DNA of 63,920 bases, filler included. It is 7 parts of 7 records of this genome, joined end to end, with 100 filler letters (N's around TTAATTAATTAA, not from the genome) between each part and the next. Parts side by side here need not be neighbours in the genome. Positions count along the whole stretch, not along the records: positions 10,964 to 18,428 come from SRR31147125_24133; positions 18,529 to 26,653 come from SRR31147125_24147; 5 more parts are not named here. One strand, given 5' to 3'. The translations under genes and the position numbers were made by a program. Under the pieces are notes generated by a model. The model was not told where the DNA came from and made no database searches. It saw only the letters and a program-made list of their open reading frames with translations. How positions within the stretch are numbered: the first letter of the stretch is position 1; each line of letters starts with the position of its first letter. Of the stretch, positions 11,033-21,238 are shown piece by piece.

Positions 11033-11189
11033 ACAAAGATCTGTATATTGAAATAAATCAGTTAATCAGCATGGCTTAGATATGACAAACCGTCAAATGT
11101 AAGAATATTGCTCATTAAGTTGATGTGAAATCTACACGCTTTGCAGGATTCGATAGAACTGGTTAAAGATTCATCAGATCCGATAGTCA

Positions 11190-11456
11190 TTACGTGTCTT
11201 TCTCAGCTAATACTTGCTCGTATTTTTCCAGTATCGATTTTTCAAGAATTTCACGAAAATTGTTATTTATTGGATGCGCAACATCTCGAAATGATCCATC
11301 TAAAGCCTTTCGACTTGGCATACTAACAAAGTACCCATCGTTCCCTTTAATGATCTTCATTCCTCTAACAACAAAGCAGTGATCAAAGGTAACATTTGCA
11401 AAAGCCTTTAGTTTTTCTTCATCTCTCAGGCTGATCACAATATCAGTAATTTGCAT
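11190..11456 (-). CDS. spoVG: SpoVG family protein
   Basis: MQITD...LKAFANVTFD.CFVVRGMKII.G..GYFVSMPSRK..DGSFRDVAHPIN. Confidence 0.93.
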   Translation of the reverse strand: MQITDIVISLRDEEKLKAFANVTFDHCFVVRGMKIIKGNDGYFVSMPSRKALDGSFRDVAHPINNNFREILEKSILEKYEQVLAEKDT

Positions 11457-11557
11457 GTGGCTCCCTTTTTACAAATGGTTGCAAATTAACTATAGGCGAA
11501 TACTTTACATGTAAGTATTTATTACTTACGAGAGCACACTTGAGTTGCAGACAAATC

Positions 11558-12405
11558 TTAATTCGCTATAATCGGTTGAAATAAAAAAGTATTATATTTT
11601 TTCTCAAGTTCCTTTAGGGCTAAATTAGCATCCTGGAGTGATGAAAAAAGTCCGAATATCGATGAGCCGCTACCTGACATTTGAGAGAAAAAAGCCCCAA
11701 ATTCATAGAGTGAACTAATAACATTCTCCAGAATCGGGTACTTTTTAAAAACAACAGATTCCAGGTCGTTTGAAAGTTCTTTTTCCCAAGTGCCAGTGTC
11801 TAAAAAGTTTTGAAATTTACTGTCAAAGTTACTTTTTTTCGTGTCTTTGTCAAGTTAAAATTGAGCTGTTGATAGGCCCATTTAGTGGAAATGCTAAAAT
11901 CAGGACAAACAAGAACGCCAAAAAAGTCAGTTGCGTGTGTAATTGGTGTGATTAATTCACCACGTCCTGCTCCAAAAGCAGTGCCACCATATATAAAAAA
12001 CGGAACATCCGATCCAATGTCAGCAGATAAAGTTGCCAACTCTACTTTAGTAAGCTGAGCATCCCATAGCTGGTTAAGAGCGGTTAATGTTGTTGCCGCG
12101 TTGCTGCTTCCACCACCTAATCCGGCTCCGACAGGGATACGTTTGGTGATATGGATTTTACATCCAAGCTTTGTGGCTGTTTTATCTTTTAATTTTTGCG
12201 CAGCTTGACATGCTAAATTCCGTTTATCCTGTGGACAAATGGCGGGTTCGCATGTTAGTTCGATTTTATTGTCGATAACCTCAATTTCAATATCGTCCTT
12301 AAGGTTGATTTGTTGGAAAATGGTTTCCAGTTCATGAAAGCCATCAGAACGCTTTTTAAGGATTTTAAGGCCAATATTGATTTTGGCATAAGAATTGAAT
12401 GTCAA
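11558..12405 (-). CDS. ispE: 4-diphosphocytidyl-2-C-methyl-D-erythritol kinase; frameshifted at about 11833-11839
   Basis: AKINIGL, KRIPVGAGLGGGSSNAA and GSDVPFF. The C-terminal NDLE...MSGSGS lies in the next frame, restored by one extra A in the A7 run. Probable TTG start at 12405. Confidence 0.9.
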
Positions 12406-12727
12406 TTTAATAGTCCCTTGACGAACGCATGCCATGAAAAATACTATGTTCCAATTTTTATCAAGGAAAATAATATAATAAATAAAATAATGATAATCAA
12501 CTTTTTTCTAATGTAATTTAAATAAGTAGCTCTGTTATGATTAATATCATTCTTGCATTAATGTGACTATATTCTTAAATTAAATATTCTTATTACCTGC
12601 TTTTATTAGTACGGATTAATTACAAGTTAATATTGGTTGTATGATCTCTTATAGCCCTGGCGGCGAGTTGTTTTTAAATCTGAAAAATCAGATAATGATT
12701 TGCATAAAAATGTAAAAAAAAGTTGTT

Positions 12728-13504
12728 ATGAAGAAAATATATATTGTTAGCGATGCCCATTTTGGTGCCCAAAAAAGGAACAAGAGGAAAAAAATATCTT
12801 TATTTTTGTCCTTGTTGGATCGTGTGCAAGAAGAAAAGGCCGAACTGGTAATAAATGGCGACCTTTTCGACTTTTGGTTTGAGTATAAATATGCTGTACC
12901 ACGTCTTCATTATAATATACTCAGCAAATTGTCCAGCCTTACAATATCTGGCATAAATATTCATTATCTATCGGGTAATCATGATTTTTGGATCGGATCT
13001 TTTCTGTCAGATGAGATAGGTCTGAAGCTGCACCATAATTACCTTGTGATGCAGAAGGGAAAACATAAATTATACCTGAGTCACGGGGATGGTTTGCTAA
13101 AAAAAGATTCTATGTATCGATTTTTAAAGAGAATTTTGAGGCATCCTCTAAACATTGCATTGTATAGGTGGCTCCATCCGGATATTGGTGTTCCTCTGGC
13201 GTTATTTTTTTCAAACTTGAGCCGTAATAATAATAAAAATAAAGCAAAATATGATGATAGCGATTACAGGCAATTTGCTTATGAGAAAATTAGCACTGGT
13301 TATAACGTTGTTGCATTAGGGCATACTCACGTACCTGCCCTGGAAAAATATAAAAGTGGCTGGTATGTGAATTCAGGAGACTGGATACAAAAGTTTACTT
13401 ATATTGTATTAGATGAATCCGGTCCCAAACTTTTGAAATGGGATGGAGCAAAAGGTGTTCTGTTTCAACCGAAACAGCCCGAATTGACCGACATTACTGG
13501 TTAA
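12728..13504 (+). CDS. lpxH: UDP-2,3-diacylglucosamine diphosphatase (metallophosphoesterase)
   Basis: SDAH, GDLFDFWFEY, GNHD, SHGD, GHTH and NSGDW motifs. Confidence 0.85.
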   Translation: MKKIYIVSDAHFGAQKRNKRKKISLFLSLLDRVQEEKAELVINGDLFDFWFEYKYAVPRLHYNILSKLSSLTISGINIHYLSGNHDFWIGSFLSDEIGLKLHHNYLVMQKGKHKLYLSHGDGLLKKDSMYRFLKRILRHPLNIALYRWLHPDIGVPLALFFSNLSRNNNKNKAKYDDSDYRQFAYEKISTGYNVVALGHTHVPALEKYKSGWYVNSGDWIQKFTYIVLDESGPKLLKWDGAKGVLFQPKQPELTDITG

Positions 13505-13531
13505 CAGTTTATAGTGATTCGAGGATTAGCA

Positions 13532-14319
13532 ATGAGCTTTTTTTTAGGAGCATTCAGTCATGGCGTGATTACGTTGTCCTTGTATTGACCGTTTTGCTCT
13601 CACTGGGATTCATGTTTTATACAAATGAAAGTGACAAGCAAGGGGGGATACATATAATTACATTAGAAGTAATGGGACGAATTACGGCTCCTTTGTATGC
13701 ATTTCAATCTTTGCTAAATTTAAAAGAAAAAAACAGCGAGTTAATATATCAAAACGCACAATTACAGGTAAAAAATGCCCGACTTTCTGAGGCGGATAAA
13801 GAAAATGAGCGTTTACGACAACTCGTTGGCTTTGGTCCGTATCAACAATTTAAGGTTACGGCTGCCAAAGTCATTGGTAAAAGTAAAAGTGGGGGATTTT
13901 ATACCATCCTTCTAAAAACGAACAAGAGCACAGCGATACAGAAAAATATGCCTGTGATTAATGCTCAGGGTCTGGTCGGGAAAATAGTTCGTGTTTCTCC
14001 CAATTTTGCCGTATGTCAGTTATTAAAAGATAGAAATTTTAGAGCTGCTGCCCGTATTCAACGTACCAGAATTGAGGGAATTTTTTCTTCCAGAGGTGAT
14101 CAACCCGGTTTTCTTGTGGGAGTTCATCATCGTGCTGATGTAACGATTGGTGATATCGTTATTACTTCGGGAATGAACTCGTTATATCCTCAAGGACTTG
14201 AGATCGGTAAAATAATTGATCTAAAACAGGATGAAAGAGGTCTCTTTCAGGAGGTTTTGGTGGATCCGGGAGTTGATTTTGAAAGCATTGAAGAAGTTTT
14301 TGTGATTCAACATAATTAA
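13532..14319 (+). CDS. mreC: Rod shape-determining protein MreC; probable true start 13532 with one T missing from the T8 run
   Basis: TM segment, coiled coil ENERLRQL, GLVGKI, GDIVITSG...YPQGL.IG. GAGG RBS precedes the ATG at 13532. Confidence 0.88.
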
Positions 14320-14332
14320 TATAAGACACTTT

Positions 14333-14838
14333 ATGAAGTATTTCGTATTTCTTTTTTTCTTTTCTGTTCTGTTGGTTTGCAGGCTGGGATCACAGATGCC
14401 CTGTCCATTTATGGCGCCGCTCCGGATTTTGTTCTAATATTACTGTGCTTTTTTGCACTGCTGGAATCCAGAAGTACAGTGACGGTGCTGGGTTTTTTGG
14501 CGGGTTTAATATTAGATGTGATGTCCGGTGGCCTGTTGGGATTGAATGCATTGGTTAAAACATTTGTGTCGTTTATCGCCAGCACTGTATGTCGAAAAAT
14601 GACCATTCATCATGGCTATGAATTTGGACTGGTGGTTTTTGCGTTCGCTGTGTTCCATAATTTTGTTTTAGATTTTATGGTAAATATCGGTCTTGCCAGC
14701 TTTGGACATGAATTTCTGGTTAAGAGTCTGCCCTCAGCCATTTACACAGTTATTCTGGCTCAGATTTTCTTTTCTTTTGTCCCACAATCTATTATGCGGC
14801 GAATAAAAAGTAAAAACCTACAGGACAATATCAGTTAG
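14333..14838 (+). CDS. mreD: Rod shape-determining protein MreD; probable start 14333 with a 1-nt deletion
   Basis: Hydrophobic protein with PDFVLI and GFLAGLILDV..G.LLGLNAL; sits between mreC and mrdA. Confidence 0.85.
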
Positions 14839-14881
14839 ATTCTCCATGGCATGTAATTATCAATTTTAAACAGCAATCTGA

Positions 14882-16678
14882 TTGTTTTTGGTTATGATAT
14901 CAATAGTTCAAAAAAGAATCATATTTTATGTTTTTTTATCAATTGCATTTATTGTGCTTATCTTTAAGCTGGCACAACTGCAAATTTTTGAGAAAACAAA
15001 ATATTTACACCATTCACAAAGGAATCGTATTCGCAGGGTTGTTTTACAGCCGACACGCGGTGTTATTTACGATAGATTTGGTGCTGTCCTTGTTGATAAT
15101 AGTCCTTCTTATTCTGTTAGTGCTATCCCGTTTCATTGTGTTGGCAAAGACAGTCTTGTTCACGATCTTGCAGAATTATTGAACGAACCTTTTGTTGATG
15201 TGAATAAAAAGTTAATCCGCGCTCCGGGCCGGTTTTTACCTGTAAAGCTAAAGCGCGACGTAAAATTTGAGACACTGGTTGCGTTAGAGGAGCGGAAACT
15301 TGACCTCCCGGGTGTCATGTATGATATTGATCCCAAAAGAAATTATCCGGCAGGCATTAAGGCTCCTCATATTTTTGGCTATCTGGGTGAGATTTCCAGA
15401 TCAGAACTTCAAAGCCGACCGGATGAGGATATTCAACCTGGAGATATTGTAGGAAAAAGAGGGTTGGAAAGGGTATATGATCAAGTGTTAAGGGGGCATA
15501 TGGGTTATGATTATTATGAGGTGGATGCCCTGGGAAGAGAAATACGAGATTTAAAGCTCGAAGAGGAACGAGCCCCAAAGCCGGGGAACGATATTTATTT
15601 AACTCTTGATGCGTCTCTTCAGTTATTGGCCGAGAAACTTTTTGCCGGAAAAAAAGGTGGTCTGGTCATGATTGACATAAAGGATGGTGGCATCCTGGCA
15701 GATTGCAGTAAACCGGATTATGATCCTCTTATTTTTTCTACGGTTGTTACAAGTAAAACGTGGAGAAAGCTTGTAAATGATCCTGACAAGCCTTTGTATG
15801 ACAGAATGATTCAGAGTACATACCCACCCGGATCAACTTTTAAACTGGTATTAGCTGCTGCTGCTCTTGAAGAGCATATCTGTAAGCCAGGCAGAACAAC
15901 TTTTTGCAATGGATATTTACGGCTTGGGCAACGGGTATTCAAGTGTTGGAAAGCAGAGGGCCATGGTGAAGTTAATTTACTTGATGCTATCAAGGGTTCT
16001 TGTAATGTTTATTTTTATCGGTTATCACTCAATGTTGGATTAGATATATGGTCGGAATATGCAAAGAGATTTGGATTTGGTCAATCCACAAATGTCGATT
16101 TGTTAGGTGAAAATCAAGGTAATTTGCCAGATCGTGCATATATGGATAAAATGTATGGTAAGAATAAATGGTCAAAGGGAATACTTTTGAATCTGGCTAT
16201 TGGTCAGGGGGAACTGCTTGTTACACCATTGCAAATGGCGCAATTTGCCATGATTTTGGCGCGTAGTGGCAGCTATTTTCAGCCACATTTGGTAGATAGA
16301 GTCTTTGATGTTGAAACTGGAAGCGTCAGGCGTTTTCAGCCAAAATACAAAAATGTTCAGGGAGTATCACAGGCCACATTTGAAATTTTACGTCAAGGGA
16401 TGTACCTGGTTGTTAATGCTACGGGTGGCACAGGACGGGCAAGTTATATGCCTCATGTTGTTGTTGCAGGCAAAACCGGGACAGCTGAAAATCCTCATGG
16501 TAACAGTCATGCGTGGTTCATAGGGTTTGCTCCTTTTGAAAACCCGCAAGTTGCCATTTGTGTGTTTATTGAAAATGGTGGTGGGGGAGGTGCTAACGCC
16601 GCTCCTATTGCGGGTAAACTTTTGCGAAAATATTTTAGTGACCATAAACCCAGGACATTAGCACAAAAAACTCGCTAG
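14882..16678 (+). CDS. mrdA: Penicillin-binding protein 2
   Basis: RGVIYDR; PPGSTFK (SxxK), SCNVYFY (SxN), GKTGTAE (KTG). Located in the mre operon. Confidence 0.93.
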   Translation: MFLVMISIVQKRIIFYVFLSIAFIVLIFKLAQLQIFEKTKYLHHSQRNRIRRVVLQPTRGVIYDRFGAVLVDNSPSYSVSAIPFHCVGKDSLVHDLAELLNEPFVDVNKKLIRAPGRFLPVKLKRDVKFETLVALEERKLDLPGVMYDIDPKRNYPAGIKAPHIFGYLGEISRSELQSRPDEDIQPGDIVGKRGLERVYDQVLRGHMGYDYYEVDALGREIRDLKLEEERAPKPGNDIYLTLDASLQLLAEKLFAGKKGGLVMIDIKDGGILADCSKPDYDPLIFSTVVTSKTWRKLVNDPDKPLYDRMIQSTYPPGSTFKLVLAAAALEEHICKPGRTTFCNGYLRLGQRVFKCWKAEGHGEVNLLDAIKGSCNVYFYRLSLNVGLDIWSEYAKRFGFGQSTNVDLLGENQGNLPDRAYMDKMYGKNKWSKGILLNLAIGQGELLVTPLQMAQFAMILARSGSYFQPHLVDRVFDVETGSVRRFQPKYKNVQGVSQATFEILRQGMYLVVNATGGTGRASYMPHVVVAGKTGTAENPHGNSHAWFIGFAPFENPQVAICVFIENGGGGGANAAPIAGKLLRKYFSDHKPRTLAQKTR

Positions 16679-16708
16679 AAATTTTTATGGGACAAGTGAA
16701 TTAAAAGT

Positions 16709-17935
16709 ATGCTGAGAGATATTAAAAAAAATAGAGTCGACTTGATTATATTTGTTTGTGTCATATTATTATCTGTTTTTAGCATATTGGCGGTTTATAG
16801 CGCGACTGTCAGCAGTGATTCAGATTATATGCGGGATAATTTCAATAAACAAATTATATGGGTTCTTATGGGTTTGCTTTTGGGCGGCATTATCACATTT
16901 ATTCCGACCAGCTGGCTGTCAAATGTCGCTTATTTAATTTACATTTTATTACTGATATTGTTGTTGCCTTTGGCTTTTTTTGATCTTGGCTCTGGTTCAA
17001 GTCGTTGGCTCGAATTCGCAGGCATTATGTTACAACCATCTGAATTTATGAAGCCGGTCCTGGTTCTGGTGTTAGCCCGTTTTTTGGGAAAAGATTACAA
17101 AAACCCAAACAGTCTTCGCATAATCTGCAGTGCTTTTTTTCTGGTTTTTTTACCACTAGTTCTCGTTTTAAAACAACCTGATTTGGGTACATCTCTCACG
17201 TTTGCCGTATGTGTATTACCCATTCTTTACTGGCGTGGTATGAATGTATTTCTCATTTTTATTCTATGTGCTCCCATAATAACTTTTATATCCTCTTTTA
17301 ACTTCTGGTCGTTTTTTATTGTAATTCTGTTAATAAGTATTATCTTATATTTTTCCAAACGAAAAGCTATTATTGTTTGGTCGATATTTTTAATAAATAT
17401 TTTCGTTGGAATACTGGCACCAAAAGTATGGACGAATTTACATGATTATCAGAAACAGCGGGTGTTAACGTTTCTGGGAACCGTGTCCGACCCACAAGGA
17501 GTTGAATACCAGATTATTCAATCAAAAGTGGCCATTGGATCGGGTGGCATATTCGGAAAGGGCTTATTGCAGGGTTCCCAGACACATCTCCGATTCTTAC
17601 CTGCTCAGCACACAGATTTTATTTTTTCTGTAATTGCTGAAGAATGGGGTTTTATTGGCGCGTTGTTATTAATTAGTGTGTTTTTGGTTTTTTTAATACG
17701 GGGTGTTTTTTTAGCCTCTATAACGCAGGATATGACTGCCAGTTTGATGACCATAGGTCTTGTAACTATACTGGCGTTTCAGATTTTTGTTAATATTGGC
17801 ATGTCATTGGGTATTGTTCCTGTTACCGGATTACCGTTACCTTTTATTAGTTATGGTGGTTCCTCTATGATTACCAGCATGCTCATGGCTGGTTTAATTG
17901 CGAATACATCATTGAACAGATACAAATTATATTAA
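16709..17935 (+). CDS. rodA: SEDS peptidoglycan glycosyltransferase RodA
   Basis: QPSEFMK, QPDLGT, HTDFIF, PVTGLPLPFISYGGSS; follows mrdA. Confidence 0.93.
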   Translation: MLRDIKKNRVDLIIFVCVILLSVFSILAVYSATVSSDSDYMRDNFNKQIIWVLMGLLLGGIITFIPTSWLSNVAYLIYILLLILLLPLAFFDLGSGSSRWLEFAGIMLQPSEFMKPVLVLVLARFLGKDYKNPNSLRIICSAFFLVFLPLVLVLKQPDLGTSLTFAVCVLPILYWRGMNVFLIFILCAPIITFISSFNFWSFFIVILLISIILYFSKRKAIIVWSIFLINIFVGILAPKVWTNLHDYQKQRVLTFLGTVSDPQGVEYQIIQSKVAIGSGGIFGKGLLQGSQTHLRFLPAQHTDFIFSVIAEEWGFIGALLLISVFLVFLIRGVFLASITQDMTASLMTIGLVTILAFQIFVNIGMSLGIVPVTGLPLPFISYGGSSMITSMLMAGLIANTSLNRYKLY

Positions 17936-17950
17936 CGATAGGAGGATCTA

Positions 17951-18428
17951 TTGCATCCAATCATCTTTAAAATTGGGGCTTTTGAACTTCGTTCCTATGG
18001 ATTTATGTTGGCAATTTCTTTTCTCCTGGGAATTTATTTAGCAGCTCACAGAGCAAAGAAAAAAAATGTCGATCCGAATAGCGTTATGGATCTTTCGGTT
18101 GTCATCATTATCAGTTCGATAGTCGGATCAAGATTATTGTATGTTTTGTTTCATTTGGAAGAGTTTAGAGGTCATTGGATGGATACCTTTAATCCATTTC
18201 AGAGCGATGGGCAGATTGGACTGGCCGGTCTTACTGTTTTGGGTGGTGTGCTTCTTTCCTTTATAACGTCTTTTATTTATATTCGTGTTAAGAAATTACC
18301 TTTTTTAAAACTGGCGGATATCTTTTTACCCTCTTTAGGTCTGGGCATCTTTATTACCCGAATTGGTTGTTATTTAAATGGATGTTGTTTTGGAGTGCCT
18401 TGTGATCCCCATTGGGGAGTCATTTTTC
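17951..18428 (+). CDS. lgt: Prolipoprotein diacylglyceryl transferase (partial)
   Basis: MHPIIF...RSYG, GSRLLYV, RIGCYLNGCCFG; cut by the contig end. Confidence 0.88.
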
Positions 18429-18528
18429 NNNNNNNNNNNNNNNNNNNNNNNNNNNNNNNNNNNNNNNNNNNNTTAATTAATTAANNNNNNNNNNNNNNNN
18501 NNNNNNNNNNNNNNNNNNNNNNNNNNNN
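18429..18528. other. Artificial contig linker
   Basis: N44-TTAATTAATTAA-N44. Confidence 0.99.
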
Positions 18529-18529
18529 T

Positions 18530-19201
18530 TTTTTTGTTGGAAGGGAAGGGGTTCTTCAAAAAATTGAATGGACTGATAGTGGTTGGCCTGTTTTTTCAAT
18601 GAATATTAGTGCGAATTGTCCGAAAGAAAACCTGAATTTCAGTGATGATTTTTCAGGAGCGCTAAATACCCATTGGCAGTGGAGAGCCACTCAGCAATTA
18701 ACTTTTGCTACTGGAGAAAATGGATTAATGCTTGAAGCATCAACCGAAAACGACCAACTGGGTAGTTTGATTGTGCAGCCAATACGTTCAACAAACTTTA
18801 AACTTGAAGCTGTTGTTGATATAAGTAATTCTGGCTTAGAGGCTGAAGGAGGCATTGCTTTAATTGGTGCTTCAAATAATGGATATGGAGCGTCAATTGC
18901 AGGTATCGGTATTTCAGTAGGTCATAACTTGGTTAAGGTGTGGCAAACCAGTGATGAAATGAGCTCATTGCTAGAGGCAATTGAAATTGAAGATGATGTA
19001 GTGGAGTTGAGAATGGAGCTTGAAGCTGGTCATATTTTACATTTTTCTTTTTTAAGCAATGGTGAGTGGAGAACAATTGCAAGCTCTATTGATGCTTCTG
19101 TGTTTACTCCGTGGGGAATGGGTTTTCGGTTTGGAGTTGTTGCGAATGGTAAGGAAGATAGTTTTGTAAATATTAAGAGGATTGATTTGTCTAATTTTTA
19201 A
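18530..19201 (+). CDS. C-terminal part of a GH43-like glycoside hydrolase (beta-sandwich domain), 5' truncated
   Basis: The frame is open from the contig edge: GREGVLQKIEWTDSGWPVF, then DDFSGALNTHWQW, typical of the junction between GH43 and its C-terminal domain. Confidence 0.7.
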   Translation, partial: FFVGREGVLQKIEWTDSGWPVFSMNISANCPKENLNFSDDFSGALNTHWQWRATQQLTFATGENGLMLEASTENDQLGSLIVQPIRSTNFKLEAVVDISNSGLEAEGGIALIGASNNGYGASIAGIGISVGHNLVKVWQTSDEMSSLLEAIEIEDDVVELRMELEAGHILHFSFLSNGEWRTIASSIDASVFTPWGMGFRFGVVANGKEDSFVNIKRIDLSNF

Positions 19202-19336
19202 AGGGATATAAATCATGTATTTTTACAGCACTTTTAGAGAGATTTGCAAAGAAAAATGAGATAATTATGATTTTATTTTTCACAAGTTCTTTTCATTGTT
19301 TCAAAAATTGAATGACAATAAGATAATTTAAATAGA

Positions 19337-19924
19337 TTGCCAAAACAAACAGAAAATATTGATAGGTCGTTAGTTGCAAGACTTAAAGAGGGAGATGTTC
19401 AAGCCTTTCAAAAAATTTTTACAGCTTATAGCGAAAACCTTTTTCATTTCACGTTTTCGTACTTGAAAGATACATTTGAAGCTGAGGAAATTGTACAAGA
19501 GGTTTTTTTGCGCATTTGGGAGATACGTGCCGAGATTGATGAGAAAAAATCATTTAAAAGTTTTATCTATAAAATGGCGGTAAATAAGGTGTTTAATCAT
19601 ATTAAACATCAGGTTGTACGCCAGAAATACGAGAGTTATCTACAATATTCCAATCATACATTTAAAGATAATCCAGAAGCAAAAGTTCATTTTGATGAGC
19701 TTGAAAAAGAAGTTAATGGATTAATGTCTAAGTTGCCCGAACAGCAAATGAGGATATTTAAACTAAGCCGTTTTGATGGTTTGTCTAACCCTCAGATCGC
19801 AGATAAGCTCGGTTTGTCTATCCGAACTGTCGAAAATCAGGTTTATCGTGCTGTTAAATTTTTAAAAGAAAACCTGAAGCATGAATACATCTTTATACTT
19901 TTTTGTTTGAAATGTATATTTTAA
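19337..19924 (+). CDS. ECF sigma-70 factor (Bacteroidota expansion family)
   Basis: AEEIVQEVFLRIW and LPEQQMRIFKLSRFDGLSNPQIADKLGLSIRTVENQV; directly upstream of FecR. Confidence 0.92.
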   Translation: MPKQTENIDRSLVARLKEGDVQAFQKIFTAYSENLFHFTFSYLKDTFEAEEIVQEVFLRIWEIRAEIDEKKSFKSFIYKMAVNKVFNHIKHQVVRQKYESYLQYSNHTFKDNPEAKVHFDELEKEVNGLMSKLPEQQMRIFKLSRFDGLSNPQIADKLGLSIRTVENQVYRAVKFLKENLKHEYIFILFCLKCIF

Positions 19925-20026
19925 TCAGCTCATTGTGTGTGTGTTAGGTTGTGTGTGTGTGAATTTTGAATAATATTTGATTTTTATGTGAGTAGATGAA
20001 AAGCTTTTATTGTAATAACCTGTGAA

Positions 20027-21114
20027 ATGATTCAGCAAAAGGAAATAGAAAAAAGATTTAAGTTATTACTGGACAAATTTCAGAATGACACTTGTTCGCT
20101 TAATGAGCTTTATGAGCTCGAAGTATTTTTTAAGAATGAGAACAAAGAAGCTGCTATTAAGGCAGGTATGCTTAGTGAGCTCGAAAATAGAAATTTTAAA
20201 AGAAATCAGGCATATCAATCTAATTATCATTTTGAAAAAATAAAAGAAGAAATCAACCAGAAGCAGCAAGTAAGTAAACTAAAGGTTGTAACAATCCCAT
20301 TGTACTTAGTTCGTGTTGCAGCTGCAATAATACTTGCCGTTGCAATTGGAGGTTTATCGACCTATTTTGCATTTTGGTCTGGGATAGAAAAAAAATCAGT
20401 GGTTACTTATTGTGAAGTTGTCTCACCTCTTGGAGCAAAATCACAGGTAATATTACCTGACAGTTCTATTGTATGGTTAAATGCCGGAAGTAGAATTAAA
20501 TACCCAACAAATTATAATATCTCAAATCGAGAAATTGACTTGGTTGGAGAAGGATATTTTCAGGTAGCTAAAAATAAAGAACTTCCTTTTATTGTGAACG
20601 CTTTTGGATTTTTGGTAGAAGCAGTAGGAACAGAATTTAATGTAAAAGCATACGATGAAGAAAAAACCATCGAAACTATCCTGATTGAAGGTAAGGTTCG
20701 TCTTGATCATAAAACAGATGTAATTGCAGAGAATGTTTTCCTTAACCCTCGCTATAAAGCTATTTTTTATAAAGATGCCAATGAGGCTAAAAAGAACAAT
20801 AATCACCCACGACTGGTAATTAGTCCGAATGTTGATCCTGGCCATTTATCTCATGGAAAGATGATCGTTTTATTTTCGTAAGCGAATCTTTGAAGAACTT
20901 AGCTATCATGCTCGAACGTCAATACGATTGTTCATTCAAATTTGAGTCAAAGGATATTGAAAATTTCAGGTTTTCGGGTACGTTGGAGGATGAAACACTG
21001 GATCAGGTTATGGATGCAATATCACGTACATCACCTATTCAATATAAAATTAAAGGGAAATTGGTAATAATTAATAAAGATAAAAACAGAACAAAAATTT
21101 TTACAAAGCATTAA
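20027..21114 (+). CDS. FecR-family anti-sigma factor; frameshifted at about 20840
   Basis: One TM; LPDSSIVWLNAGS, GEGYFQVAK, GTEFNV. The C-terminal ISWKDDRFIF...FSGTL is restored by +1 nt. Confidence 0.88.
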
Positions 21115-21225
21115 AAAAACAGAGGAAACAGATCTGAATAATCCGTTCCCTCTATTTATTGAGTTAAATCTTATCAACGCTGCAAGGTCTGGAAACTGAT
21201 GCAAGCGTGAATTTTAAAACATTTA
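21113..21225 (-). ncRNA. Candidate cis-antisense sRNA over the susC leader
   Basis: Minus-strand TACATTTG (Bacteroidota -7 box TAnnTTTG) at 21232-21239 and a minus-strand 13-bp terminator hairpin (21121-21153) followed by T7. The 5' end is approximate. Confidence 0.6.
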
Positions 21226-21238
21226 ACAAACCAAATGT

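Noticed and set aside
19934-19961. Two (TG)n tracts between the ECF sigma and fecR genes
   Set aside because: Only about five units each, and TG-rich spacers are common at this position. There is no evidence of phase variation from the sequence alone.
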